Position numbers and translations under genes: made by a program
The notes under the pieces: generated by a model
Told to the model about the DNA's origin: nothing
Databases searched by the model: none
The model's input: only the letters and a program-made list of their open reading frames with translations
NCBI GenBank assembly: GCA_045659325.1
Contig: JAZOWQ010000104.1
Span: 1-47,981, forward strand
DNA: 47,981 bases
Source of the DNA: Faecousia sp.
Lineage (GTDB): Bacteria > Bacillota > Clostridia > Oscillospirales > Oscillospiraceae
Direction of reading: 5' to 3'
In this document: positions 6,704 to 16,544 of the stretch, piece by piece
Layout: the number at the start of each line of letters is the position of its first letter
Numbering within the stretch: the first letter of the stretch is position 1

Positions 6704-7873
6704 TCAGATTTCCTTTTCTTGTACCAGTTCGCCCCGGAAATACACATCCTGTACGGTAAACTTGTCGTCAACAATCAGCAGGTTTGCATCCCGGCCGGGG
6801 AGAATAGAGCCGATCTTATGGTCCAGCTTCAGCAGCTTGGCAGGATTGGTGGAAGCGCACTTAAATGTCACACGCACATCTGCATTTGTGAAGCGCATAA
6901 AGTTTGCGCAGGCGCCGCTCAGACGCAGACGGCTGCCGGAGAGCTGGCCCAAGTTGTTGTAGTTCAGGTCTTCTGCGCTCTTGGGATCGTCGGGCGCATA
7001 TTGGGAGGGATCGTGGTAAACTGTTGCAGCGGTGGAGTCGGAAACCAGAATAATATAGTCCTCACCGGCACACCGCAGAGCCAAGCGGGCAGCGTGGGGC
7101 TTCACATGGATACCCCGGGAGTCGCAAATCAGCTCGTAGTACAATCCGGGCGTAGCCAGCGCAGCCAGGGAAGAGGTTTCCTGAATGGCCAAGGGACCGG
7201 TGGGTACCTTGTAGCAGCCCATAGCGTCAAACAGATGGGTGATGTTTTTTGCGCCCTTGGAAACAGCGCGTTCTACATGCTCAGTGGTCATGGCGGTGTG
7301 GCCTAAATCCATCACAATGCCGCGTTCGCTGAGGAAGTCCTCCAGCTCCTCTGCACCTTCCATTTCCGGAGCATAGGTGCAGTGCAGCACAATGTCGCCG
7401 CCGATATCAAATACTTGCTTGCACAGTTCCTTGCTGTAAACCCACGCTGCGGTGGAATTGGAACCGTATTTGGGGTTGGTGAAGGGCCCCTCGTAATGCA
7501 TACCAATAATGGTGGTATTGCCCTCTTCCATAGCCTTCCGGCAGCCGTCGGCACAGACCTGGAAAGCGTCCATGGTACAGCCGTAGGAAACGGAGGGGGT
7601 AATGGAGGTAGTGCCGCTGCGCAGGTGACACTTAGCCATAGAAACAGGGTCTGCCATAGCGGTATAGGCTTCACCGGTCTTTACATTCAGATAGCCGTGA
7701 TTGTGAATATCCACAAGGCCGGGGCCTATGTAAGCGCCTTTTACATCGATAACCTCTGCATCCTGGGGAACAAGCACATCGCCGCTTGCTAAAATTTTTC
7801 CGTTTTCAACCAGAATGGTACCTTCCCGGATTTCGTCAGGGAATACCAGTTTTGCGTTTACAAACGCCTTCAT
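6704..7873 (-). CDS. N-acetylglucosamine-6-phosphate deacetylase-like amidohydrolase (divergent NagA family)
   Basis: PGLVDIHNHG, HYEGPF, GHT, THLFDAM, GIHV, VSD, LSGS and NPAK motifs. Start MKAFVN after AAGGAG. Confidence 0.85.
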   Translation of the reverse strand: MKAFVNAKLVFPDEIREGTILVENGKILASGDVLVPQDAEVIDVKGAYIGPGLVDIHNHGYLNVKTGEAYTAMADPVSMAKCHLRSGTTSITPSVSYGCTMDAFQVCADGCRKAMEEGNTTIIGMHYEGPFTNPKYGSNSTAAWVYSKELCKQVFDIGGDIVLHCTYAPEMEGAEELEDFLSERGIVMDLGHTAMTTEHVERAVSKGAKNITHLFDAMGCYKVPTGPLAIQETSSLAALATPGLYYELICDSRGIHVKPHAARLALRCAGEDYIILVSDSTAATVYHDPSQYAPDDPKSAEDLNYNNLGQLSGSRLRLSGACANFMRFTNADVRVTFKCASTNPAKLLKLDHKIGSILPGRDANLLIVDDKFTVQDVYFRGELVQEKEI

Positions 7874-7889
7874 AGCAATTTCTCCTTTT

Positions 7890-9248
7890 TTATCGCATTT
7901 CGTCCAGCAGTTTTTTTGCGCTGTCAATAATGATCTCGGCAACGCCGGCCTTAAACCGGGAGGTCTTAGCCTCATAGCCACCCTCATTGTAAGCGGACAT
8001 CATGGGGAAGTAACCCATAGCGCCGTTGGTCAGGCAGCAGGGCAGGATCAGATCCCAGCCTTCGGCCTTTTTAATTTCCACACCGATTTCGGTGAAGGGC
8101 TCGCCGGGAATACCCACCAGAGCCACAGGGCCGATTTTCAGACCCGTCAGGTTCAGGCTGAAGCTTTCCGGGCCATTCTCCAGCAGACACATACGGGTAG
8201 CCTCAGCAACCGCGGTGGTCAGCTGCATAGCCTTGTAGGGGATTTCGTCATCACGACCCTCTTTGTGCAGCTGCACATAATGCTTGGCCAAGGGCATATC
8301 CTCGGGCTTGGGCATATTGGAGGGGATCTCGATCAGCTTCTCGGTGATGTCGATATCCTCTACATCCACATAGCAGACCTTGTCGAACACCTGTAGAACA
8401 GTACCTGCCAATGCGTGGCCTACAAAACGGGCCATACCGGGGCTCTTCATTTCGTTGTCGAAGGAAATTTCGGTGTCGTTCATATCGCCGCCGGTGGGGT
8501 GGACGTTGGTGCTGCCCACGTCGCCTTCTGCGCCGTTGAAGAAGATGGTCTTCACACCGTCCAGAGCCTTGTCCAAGGTCTTAGCCATCCAGTAGGGGAA
8601 GTCGCCGGAAATCAGTTCGCCGTTGATGGTGTCAGCATGGAGACCGTAGTTCACCAGCACGATGGTATTGCCGTTCTCCTGGTCGAAGCGCAGCACATTC
8701 ACTCTCTGATCCAGTTCGCCAATTGCGTGGTCGATGTTGGGGTCATCAATGGGAGGACAGGTAAAGGTAGAGCCGTCCTTCATCTTGTAACGACGGATGT
8801 AAGCCACACGCTCGGGAGCATAACCAACGATATAACCCATCCTGGCGCTCTTCAGATCGTCCAACGCCAGCTGTACGGAATTGACAATCCGCTCACTCAG
8901 GAAGGCCCGATAGGCAATAACTCTTTCAGTCATGGCCTCGTCGTTTTCTTTGTTGCGAATCAGGGGTCCGGTGTGGGTGTGGGTACAGGACAGGAAAATA
9001 TTGCTCTTAGGAATGCCGGTAACGGCCTCAATTTTTTCTGCCCAAATGTCGGAAATATCCTTGGGAACGCTGCAGTTGGGAACACTGATCATGGCGATTT
9101 TCTTCTCACCGCATTCCAGTACCAAAGTGTTCACAACCAGCTCATCCAAAATACCCTTGGCATACCGGGGGATGTAATAGCCTGAGATGTAATGACCTAG
9201 AGGAGGTGTTACATTTACGGTAGAGAAACCGACCTCCAAATTGTTCAT
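7890..9248 (-). CDS. Neutral/alkaline ceramidase-like metal-dependent amidase
   Basis: VGFSTVNVTPP, THTHTGP, NYGLH, ISGDFP, GAEGDV, PGEPF and GYFP..AY..GGYE motifs. Confidence 0.75.
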   Translation of the reverse strand: MNNLEVGFSTVNVTPPLGHYISGYYIPRYAKGILDELVVNTLVLECGEKKIAMISVPNCSVPKDISDIWAEKIEAVTGIPKSNIFLSCTHTHTGPLIRNKENDEAMTERVIAYRAFLSERIVNSVQLALDDLKSARMGYIVGYAPERVAYIRRYKMKDGSTFTCPPIDDPNIDHAIGELDQRVNVLRFDQENGNTIVLVNYGLHADTINGELISGDFPYWMAKTLDKALDGVKTIFFNGAEGDVGSTNVHPTGGDMNDTEISFDNEMKSPGMARFVGHALAGTVLQVFDKVCYVDVEDIDITEKLIEIPSNMPKPEDMPLAKHYVQLHKEGRDDEIPYKAMQLTTAVAEATRMCLLENGPESFSLNLTGLKIGPVALVGIPGEPFTEIGVEIKKAEGWDLILPCCLTNGAMGYFPMMSAYNEGGYEAKTSRFKAGVAEIIIDSAKKLLDEMR

Positions 9249-9335
9249 GTTTTTTCTCCTTTTTATCGAATTTCACTTAGAAGTTCCAGGGCGCCGTGGA
9301 TAATTCTCTCGGCAATGCGCACGCCCTCAGATTGA

Positions 9336-11456
9336 TTACACACTGCCTCCCCAGAGAGCGGAACGCTTTTGGTTGGCGATTTCGGTGTTAATTAAGTACT
9401 TGGTATGGCGGATCTTCCACTCGATACGGGCCTTGTCGCCCATATATTCCATAGAGGGCTCCCAACCCAGACGGGAATCCACTTCCACCAGAGGAATGGT
9501 AGCCTCTGCGTTCTCGATTTCAGCCAGCAGCAGCTGTTCCATACGCTCCAGCACATCCAAAACCTCTTCCTTGGTCTCGGAACAGGTGAACTGACCTACC
9601 AGCTTGTACCACTTCTTGGAAGCAATACCGGTCTTGATGCAGTTTGCCATATACTGACCCAGATTGATCAGCTGCAGCAGCTTGTCGCTCTTGTTTTCGA
9701 TGGTGTTCATCTTGGCAAGACCCTCTTCCATCTTGGAAAGCATCTTCTCCAGAGAACGGATTTCTGCGCCTACACGGATAGGTACGGGAGCACCACGGTA
9801 GCCTGCAACCTCGTGGGGGTACATCTGCAGATAGTTCTGATGGTAAATGCGGTTGCCGAAGTGGGCGTAGGGCATACCGGGGTTCTTAAAGCCGGCAATA
9901 AAGCAGAAGGGGTAGGAAGGACCGATCCGGAATGCGCCGTACTGGTCGTTGTCGGTGGGGGTGTAGTGGGTGATGGCATCGCTCCAGTCGTTCAGAGCAT
10001 CCTTCAGCTGATCCTTGCATTCCTCGCCAAACTCGCTGATGAGCACATCATCCAGAATCTCTTCCATATCCCGCTCCGGGTCGTTGAAGCACCATTTGGA
10101 CAGCTTGGAAATGAAGGAAGGATACATACCGTAGTGATGGCTTTCCATAATACCGGACAGACCCCACTCCCGGTTTGCCATCTTCATACCCTCGTAACGC
10201 CGCATCCACTGGAAGGGAGCGGGCACATAGGGGATGGTACCGAAGTCCCAGGTCAGACCGCCGGTGTTGGTCATGGTGTACAGGCGCATATCACGCTTCT
10301 TGGCAGCAATACACTCAGAGGCCACAATGGGGGTGGGGCCGGGATAGTGGATGGAGTAGTCGGCAGTGATGATCTCACGGCCCTCCAGATGGACCTTGTT
10401 GCCACACTCGAATCTGTTTACCTGCAGGGTGATACCCTCGGGAATGTTCTCGATCAGCTTGACTCTTGCCTCTTCCGGCTGCTTGTTCCAGTTGTAGGTC
10501 CAGAACACAATGTCAGCATCGGGATTGTACTTGGTGATGATCTTCTGGATCAGCGCCAGCCATTCGGGGAAGTCCTCGCAGGGGTACCAGCCGGAACGGG
10601 GCTTGCCCAGAGGCAGGCCGTCTTTGTCCACAACACTCTTGGGGTCGGGGGCAACGTGGGGGTCGTGGCTGGGGAAGCCTACGGACTCACCCACCAAAAT
10701 GATACCCTTCAGTTCGGGGCAGGTTGCAAACAGTCTGCCGTAGTTGTTTTCGTAATAGGCTTCAGCACCGGGGTCGGTAGGATTCTTGCCGCTTTGCAGA
10801 TAGCTGTAAGCGTACACATCAATACCGTACTTTCTTGCCCGGTGAATCAGCTCGTTAAAGTCTAAGTAACCGTAAGGTGTGATGTTCACATCCTTTACGA
10901 AGACCAGAATGGCATCTCTGCCCTCGTGGGCAATGGCCTGCAGATGCTCATCGGGATATTCGTCCAGACCGTAGCCGGAATGAATCATCTGGGGGGAGAA
11001 CATAGGCTTTCTGAAAACAGTCTCCTTGGTAATGAAGGGAGCTTTCTTCAAAGTCATCATTTCTTCCAGGTGGTAAAGACCCTGGGCAGCGCCCCGGGCA
11101 TCAAAGCCGGTGACCAGAATGTTATCACAAACATCAATGCGGAAACCCTTGTAGCCGTTTGCCTTGCCCAGATCCACGCCGTTGTCGGCGGCGAGCTCCA
11201 CGGTGACGGTTTGACCGTCAACCTCAGCGCCCTTCTTGGCGATGGAAGCGCTCAGGCCCATAGAGGTGAACAGGTAATCTGTAAAATCCCGGGCAGCGGT
11301 GAGAATCACTTCGTCATCGTTGGGAACAATCACAGTAACATTGTTCTTGATCTCCAACTGCTTGTCGGTGGGTTTCAGTGCATAGTTACGAATATTCTTT
11401 TCGTGAATGGCCAGCATTTTCTTTCGAAAATCATAATTCTTTTCTTTTTGAAGCAT
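9336..11456 (-). CDS. Uncharacterised glycoside hydrolase-like protein (hexosaminidase domain-2-like N-terminus + probable TIM barrel)
   Basis: GFRIDV..ILVTGFDARGAAQGLYHLE resembles the GH20/GH67 N-terminal domain. 706 aa, no signal peptide, first gene of a sugar operon. Confidence 0.55.
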   Translation of the reverse strand: MLQKEKNYDFRKKMLAIHEKNIRNYALKPTDKQLEIKNNVTVIVPNDDEVILTAARDFTDYLFTSMGLSASIAKKGAEVDGQTVTVELAADNGVDLGKANGYKGFRIDVCDNILVTGFDARGAAQGLYHLEEMMTLKKAPFITKETVFRKPMFSPQMIHSGYGLDEYPDEHLQAIAHEGRDAILVFVKDVNITPYGYLDFNELIHRARKYGIDVYAYSYLQSGKNPTDPGAEAYYENNYGRLFATCPELKGIILVGESVGFPSHDPHVAPDPKSVVDKDGLPLGKPRSGWYPCEDFPEWLALIQKIITKYNPDADIVFWTYNWNKQPEEARVKLIENIPEGITLQVNRFECGNKVHLEGREIITADYSIHYPGPTPIVASECIAAKKRDMRLYTMTNTGGLTWDFGTIPYVPAPFQWMRRYEGMKMANREWGLSGIMESHHYGMYPSFISKLSKWCFNDPERDMEEILDDVLISEFGEECKDQLKDALNDWSDAITHYTPTDNDQYGAFRIGPSYPFCFIAGFKNPGMPYAHFGNRIYHQNYLQMYPHEVAGYRGAPVPIRVGAEIRSLEKMLSKMEEGLAKMNTIENKSDKLLQLINLGQYMANCIKTGIASKKWYKLVGQFTCSETKEEVLDVLERMEQLLLAEIENAEATIPLVEVDSRLGWEPSMEYMGDKARIEWKIRHTKYLINTEIANQKRSALWGGSV

Positions 11457-11658
11457 AGCTTTTCATCCTCCCTATAACTGCACAATTTATCTGCGCATAC
11501 AATATCATTATACAAACTCTGTTCTGATTTAGCAATACTGCGCAGGCTGTTTCTGTAAAATATTTCATATAAAAATCGTTATATTCCCTATGGGATGGAA
11601 TTGCAAAAGGGAGGTTTTTCTGTTAAAATATAAAAAACGAGGAAAGGGAAGAAACTTT

Positions 11659-12132
11659 ATGAGACCGAAAAAGAGAATTTGTGACTCCCTCACCGAGCAG
11701 CAATATCTGATCCGCCCCGCCTATATCAACCACTACGGCAGACTCTTCGGCGGTCAGCTGATGAAATGGATCGATGAGCTGGCAGGCATTGTGGCTACCC
11801 GCCATAGCGGCGCCACTGTCACCACCGCAGCTATCGACAATCTTCAGTTCCAGGCCCCCGCATACGAAGGGGAGCTGGTGGTGCTGCAGGGTATGGTGAC
11901 CTATGTGGGCCGCACCTCTATGGAGATCCGGGTGGACACCTATGTGGAGGCTCTGGACGGCAGCCGGCAGATGATCAACAGAGCCTATATCGATATGGTT
12001 GCCATTAACAGCAGAGGACAGGCTATTGAAGTGCCGGAGCTGGAGCTGGAAACCGAGGAACAGAAAAAAGAATACGAAGCTGCCGCCAAGCGTAAGCAGC
12101 TGCGGAAACAGCGTCGTCAGGACGGTTTTTAA
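11659..12132 (+). CDS. Acyl-CoA thioesterase (HotDog fold)
   Basis: INHYGRLFGGQLMKWIDE and VGRTSMEI motifs. Confidence 0.92.
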   Translation: MRPKKRICDSLTEQQYLIRPAYINHYGRLFGGQLMKWIDELAGIVATRHSGATVTTAAIDNLQFQAPAYEGELVVLQGMVTYVGRTSMEIRVDTYVEALDGSRQMINRAYIDMVAINSRGQAIEVPELELETEEQKKEYEAAAKRKQLRKQRRQDGF

Positions 12133-12170
12133 AAAAGAAGAAGGGCCGCTTTTTTGCGACCCTTGTTTTT

Positions 12171-12200
12171 GTATAATTTTTAACCCCTTGGCAAACAATA
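12171..12200 (+). promoter_or_regulatory. Possible forespore (SigF/SigG-like) promoter of the SLH protein gene
   Basis: GTATA-N15-GCAAACAATA resembles GYWTA-N15-GGNRANANTW. Confidence 0.3.
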
Positions 12201-12230
12201 CCTCCGGACACAAATAAAGGAGGTTACTAT

Positions 12231-13448
12231 ATGCATAAAATTCGATTTATCAGCCTTGCTCTGGCGGTCTGCTGCCTGTTAGGGTTCGGCGTCAATGCTG
12301 TGGCTCCCCAGGTGGACAGTGACGCGATTTATTGCTTCACTGGCGAGGAATTTTCTCAGGAAGAGGAGAAGGTAGCGGGTGTCTGTATCACCGGGCTGCC
12401 CGAGCCGTCTGCCGGTACTGTTTTGCTGGGCAACCGGGTATTGCGAGCCGGTGACATTCTCACTGCCGACCAGATGACGCAGCTGACCTTCCACCCTTTG
12501 CGGACGGAAGAGGATACCCAGGCAGCCATCAGCTACCTGCCCATCTTTGAAAACCGGGTGGAAAAGGAAGCGGTGATGACCATCGGTATCCGCGGCAAGG
12601 AGGACAAAGCCCCTGTTGCCGAGGACTTCTCTGTGGAAACCTATAAGAATCTGCCCAACGAGGGCAAGCTGAAGGTCAGCGACCCGGAGGGTCAGACCTT
12701 GACATTTACCGTTGTCCGTGGCCCGAAACGGGGCACGGTGGAGGTAAATGCCGACGGCACATTTGCCTACACCCCCAAGAAGAATAAAGTGGGTGTGGAT
12801 TCCTTCACCTATACCGCCACCGACCCCGCCGGGAATGTATCCCGTGTGGCCACGGTGACTGTGCAGATTCTCAAACCCACCGATGCCCGCCAGTACACCG
12901 ACACCGTAGGCCATTCCTGTCGCTTTGAGGCAGAGTGGATGCGCAACACCGGCCTGTTTGTTGGCGAGCAGATCGGCGGTAATGCCTGTTTTTATCCTGA
13001 TAAAACCGTCAGCCGCCAGGAATTTTTGACAATGGTAGTGAAGGTGCTGGATATTCCCATGGACAACACGGAAGCAGTCCAGTTGCCGGAGAATACGCCC
13101 CAGTGGCTGAAACCCTATCTGGCAGCAGCTCAGCGCAGCGGCCTGACCGCCAACTGGCAGACCAGCGGCGAGATGGATGCGCCCATCACCGGCGCAGAGG
13201 CTGCGGTTATCCTGCAGAACGCCTTGGATTTGGCTGTTGACAGCAAGCTGTTGGAAGCCGAAGAGACCATGGCCCAAGAGGATGTCCCCACCTGGGCAGC
13301 TGCCAGCCTGACAGTATTGGCAGAAAATGGTCTTGCCTTAGATGCCAATACCCCCATGACCCGTGCCGATGTGGCAGAGACCCTGTATCAGGTGAGTCTG
13401 CTGGCCTTGGAAGCCCCCGGTATGGCAGTTTTCAGAATTCAGCAATAA
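12231..13448 (+). CDS. Secreted protein with cadherin/Ig-like (Big_9-like) and S-layer homology-like domains
   Basis: Signal peptide, DPEG..LTF...DGTFAYTP...DSFTYTATD, and FYPDKTVSRQEF / MTRADVA SLH-like motifs. Confidence 0.8.
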   Translation: MHKIRFISLALAVCCLLGFGVNAVAPQVDSDAIYCFTGEEFSQEEEKVAGVCITGLPEPSAGTVLLGNRVLRAGDILTADQMTQLTFHPLRTEEDTQAAISYLPIFENRVEKEAVMTIGIRGKEDKAPVAEDFSVETYKNLPNEGKLKVSDPEGQTLTFTVVRGPKRGTVEVNADGTFAYTPKKNKVGVDSFTYTATDPAGNVSRVATVTVQILKPTDARQYTDTVGHSCRFEAEWMRNTGLFVGEQIGGNACFYPDKTVSRQEFLTMVVKVLDIPMDNTEAVQLPENTPQWLKPYLAAAQRSGLTANWQTSGEMDAPITGAEAAVILQNALDLAVDSKLLEAEETMAQEDVPTWAAASLTVLAENGLALDANTPMTRADVAETLYQVSLLALEAPGMAVFRIQQ

Positions 13449-13482
13449 AGAAAAGGAGGGTCACAGACCCTCCTTTTTGGTT

Positions 13483-14769
13483 TTACACAGCCACTCTTGC
13501 TTTGTTCAGCTTGTCTGCATAGCAGAACAGAATAAAGCCAATGACGAACAGCACAGCGATCGAGCCGACGGCAATGCCGGTGTTGGCGATGGGCAGACCG
13601 AACAGGGAGAAACGCATACCCTCGGTCAGCTGGCTCACAGTACCAACCAGGGTAGTACCCAAAACGGAAGCGCCCTTACCGCATATATCCATCAAGCCGT
13701 AATACTCACCGCTTTGCTCAGCGGGAATAATCTTACCCAGATAGGAACGGCTCAGGGCCTGAATACCGCCCTGGAACATGCCTACCATAACAGCCAGTGT
13801 CCAGAACTGCCAAAGCTCGGCAAGGAACACGGCAAATAGGGCGATACCTGTGTAGCAGATGATGCAGATTTTAATCAACAGACCGGTATCGTACTTAGCG
13901 GAGAAGCGGCCGAAGATAATGGAGCAGGGGAAAGCCACAATCTGGGTCACCAGCAATGCCAGCAGCAGGCCGGTGGAGTCCAGTCCAAGGGCCTCACCGT
14001 AGGCAGTTGCCATTTCAATGATGGTGTACACGCCGTCAATGAAGAAGAAAAATGCCACCAGATACATAAAAATATGCTTATGCTTCTTTGCCTCCTTGAA
14101 GGAGTTTGTCAGCTGCTTGAAGGTAGCCGCAACCGGGTTGCCCACAGACTCCTGATAGGCGCTCTGCTTGTACTGCTTAGTTAGCGGCAGGCTGCAAACC
14201 AACCACCACACGGCAGTAATCACAAAGGAGATAATCAGCGCGGTGACCTGGCTAATGCCAAACATCTTGTGGCCCAGCACTACGACAAGGCACAGGACAA
14301 AGGGAATAACAGAGCCGATGTAGCCTAATGCATAACCCAGTGTGGATACCCGGTCCATTCTGTTATGGTCAGAGATTTCCGGAAGCATGGAATCGTAAAA
14401 TACGATACTGGAGGAACAGCCCACCTTTGCAATCACGAAGATGACAAGGAAGGACAACCAGCTCCAGGCCACACCCAGCATAACACAGCCTGCAATACCC
14501 ACTGCCATGCTCAGAATAAACAGCGGTTTTTTGAATCCCCGCTGGTCCGCCAGTGTGCCGCAAATGGGTCCAATAATGGCAACCAAAAGGGTGGCGATGG
14601 AACCGGCGTAGGCCCAGTAGGCCAGATAGTCGGACTCGCTGATACCTGCGCCCTTGGCGAGGGCGTTGAAGTAGATGGGGAGCAGGGTGGATATCAGCAG
14701 AATGAAGGCAGAGTTTGCCACATCATACAGAATCCAACTCTTCTCCAGCTTGGTCAGCTGCAATTTCAT
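13483..14769 (-). CDS. MFS transporter, UMF1/Atg22-like family
   Basis: SWILYDVANSAF, FYDSMLP, LGYIG, FFFIDGVYT and GGIQALSRSY motifs; ~12 TM. Confidence 0.9.
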   Translation of the reverse strand: MKLQLTKLEKSWILYDVANSAFILLISTLLPIYFNALAKGAGISESDYLAYWAYAGSIATLLVAIIGPICGTLADQRGFKKPLFILSMAVGIAGCVMLGVAWSWLSFLVIFVIAKVGCSSSIVFYDSMLPEISDHNRMDRVSTLGYALGYIGSVIPFVLCLVVVLGHKMFGISQVTALIISFVITAVWWLVCSLPLTKQYKQSAYQESVGNPVAATFKQLTNSFKEAKKHKHIFMYLVAFFFFIDGVYTIIEMATAYGEALGLDSTGLLLALLVTQIVAFPCSIIFGRFSAKYDTGLLIKICIICYTGIALFAVFLAELWQFWTLAVMVGMFQGGIQALSRSYLGKIIPAEQSGEYYGLMDICGKGASVLGTTLVGTVSQLTEGMRFSLFGLPIANTGIAVGSIAVLFVIGFILFCYADKLNKARVAV

Positions 14770-14827
14770 ATATTTCTCTCTCTTTCTTTTTTAAAAATTC
14801 CCCGGCGGGGTACGCCGGGGAAAGGAC

Positions 14828-15910
14828 TTACTGATAAGCGATGGGGTGCTTGATGCCCACCAATGCAATATAGGTGGTGCCTACATCCAAATCCAGAGGA
14901 GTGCCGTCGGCCAGGGTGTAGACATAGGAAGTGCGCAGACTATCTCTGGACCAGGTGATGGGAACAATTTTGCCGTTAATAGCGGCATAGCCTTCGCCGG
15001 AGCCAATGGTTTCGTAGATCTTATGCATACCGTCGGAGTAATACCATTGCTTGGTGTACAGAACAATTACATTCTTAAAGGTCAGAGCTTCGCCGGTGTT
15101 GCCGTCGATGTGCTCAGTACCGTGAATGTTGATCTTATACTGACCCAGAGAGGCATCGTAATTAAGTACCGTCTTCTTCTTGGATTTGAAGGTGACGGTG
15201 ACTTCTTCGGCCTTTTCGCCGTTCAGCTCCACACCGTCCTTAAACTGCAGACCGAAGGAGTTGGAAGTGGGGGTGTTGTAGCCGTAAGCGTTAATAGCGG
15301 CTTGCAGTTTTTCACCGGTGGTGAACAGGGTGTGCTCCCATGCATAGCCACTGTTGTAGCGGTCCAGATCACGGTAGAAATGCTTGCTGTCAGAATCGAT
15401 ATGCTCCCAGTTGTCGATCTTGTCGTAGGAGTCATCGTAACGACCGGACAGGGCCAATCCGGGGCTGCCGCCGCAGTGAATCAAAGGTGCGTCATAGGAA
15501 ACAGCGATACTGTTGAAGGCGGTACGGGCGCTGCGGATAGGGCCGATGTCAGCCACCTTGGACAGGTCGGTAAATACGGCGAGGCAACGGGTAATGTCGC
15601 CTTCTACTTCAATCTCGTAGAAGAGGTCTGCCTGACTGATGCCCTTCTGGGGCATAGCCTTCTTCAGGTTATTAATCATAACGGCAACTGCCTGACCGGA
15701 CCAGGGCTCTTCCAGGGGCGCACCGGTGAGGGGATGGCGGTATAGGACCTCTTTGGGTTTGGTGGGCTCAGTGGTAGGTGCAGTGGTAGGTTCGGTGGTG
15801 GGTGCAGTGGTAGGCTCGGTGGTAGGTGCGGTTGTGGGTTCGGCTTTCTTCTTACCGCAAGCGCACAGCATCAGACACAGAACCAGAAGCAGAGCAATTT
15901 TCCGTTTCAT
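14828..15910 (-). CDS. DUF3048 (YerB-like) lipoprotein with Pro/Thr-rich linker
   Basis: Lipobox LCAC, HPLTG, AVMINN, VEGDITR, GPIRSAR and HCGGS motifs. Confidence 0.85.
   Translation of the reverse strand: MKRKIALLLVLCLMLCACGKKKAEPTTAPTTEPTTAPTTEPTTAPTTEPTKPKEVLYRHPLTGAPLEEPWSGQAVAVMINNLKKAMPQKGISQADLFYEIEVEGDITRCLAVFTDLSKVADIGPIRSARTAFNSIAVSYDAPLIHCGGSPGLALSGRYDDSYDKIDNWEHIDSDSKHFYRDLDRYNSGYAWEHTLFTTGEKLQAAINAYGYNTPTSNSFGLQFKDGVELNGEKAEEVTVTFKSKKKTVLNYDASLGQYKINIHGTEHIDGNTGEALTFKNVIVLYTKQWYYSDGMHKIYETIGSGEGYAAINGKIVPITWSRDSLRTSYVYTLADGTPLDLDVGTTYIALVGIKHPIAYQ
15761..15843 (-). repeat. Intragenic 12/24-bp tandem repeat encoding (EPTTAPTT)n
   Basis: Protein reads EPTTAPTTEPTTAPTTEPTTAPTTEPT, with synonymous variation between units. 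Confidence 0.9.
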
Positions 15911-16077
15911 TTCGTTATCCTTCCTTCTCTGATATGGATACAAGCATTATAACAAAGATTTCCCTCGAATGCAACCCAAGACGGGCGGAATGTTTTTGGA
16001 AATTTCAGCAAAGAGTACTTGCAGAAAGCATGCCAATAAAAAACGGTCCTGCTGGAAGCAGGACCGCAAATTTTCTA

Positions 16078-16167
16078 TTAGCAGCCGAAGCCACAAATCC
16101 GGCTGAGAATCTGCCAGATGGAACCGCATTCATTGCAGCAGTTGGAATTGCAAGAGAAGAAGAACAT
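16078..16167 (-). CDS. 29-aa Cys-rich peptide MFFFSCNSNCCNECGSIWQILSRICGFGC
   Basis: AAAAGGAGGT RBS 7 nt upstream, and its own terminator (cggtcctgc..gcaggaccg, ~16043-16070) right after the stop. Confidence 0.7.
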   Translation of the reverse strand: MFFFSCNSNCCNECGSIWQILSRICGFGC

Positions 16168-16214
16168 CTTGCCGACCTCCTTTTCAGAATTTGTCTCGCG
16201 AGGACATAATAAAT

Positions 16215-16231
16215 TGTAACCGTTTTGTAAC
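16215..16231. promoter_or_regulatory. WalR/OmpR-type direct-repeat box upstream of the Cys-rich peptide
   Basis: TGTAAC-cgttt-TGTAAC fits TGTWAH-N5-TGTWAH. A third degenerate half-site is at 16237. Confidence 0.5.
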
Positions 16232-16299
16232 CATTTTGCAAGCTGTAAATTTTTCCAGTGGGGGGTTCGACACTCTGCTCTGTGGTGTGGTTCGATTTT

Positions 16300-16323
16300 G
16301 TAGGGGCGGCGTTTCGCCGCCCG
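16300..16323 (+). repeat. GTAG-type REP-like palindrome
   Basis: GTAG-gggcggcg-ttt-cgccgccc. Confidence 0.55.
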
Positions 16324-16379
16324 AAAAGTCATCACATCAAGGAGAATGTGGCAAAGCATTTGATTTTGCTTTGCAAAAT

Positions 16380-16504
16380 GTGCCGGTGGCCGGACTCGAT
16401 TTGCATTTTCGTCGATGGCGAAAATTAAGGTTCGCCTCGGTCAAGCCCTCGGCGGCAACGCTCGTCCACGTTGCATTTAGATGGATTCGAGTCCAGCCAC
16501 GGCA
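16380..16504. repeat. tRNA-associated structured repeat bounded by inverted copies of the tRNA-Leu(CAA) 3' end
   Basis: 16380-16399 equals 16547-16566 (20-bp direct repeat). 16487-16504 is an imperfect inverted copy. Confidence 0.75.
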
Positions 16505-16544
16505 TAAAAAATATGGGATACCCCGTTTGGGGTATCCCGTATTT

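Noticed and set aside
9405-10865. 486-aa + strand ORF and similar long antisense ORFs (12279-13277, 14846-15745, 8415-9185)
   Set aside because: Mirror frames of well-supported genes with biased codon usage.
15761-15843. Short tandem repeat as CRISPR or contingency locus
   Set aside because: No spacers, in-frame Pro/Thr linker with synonymous divergence, and no cas genes in the window.
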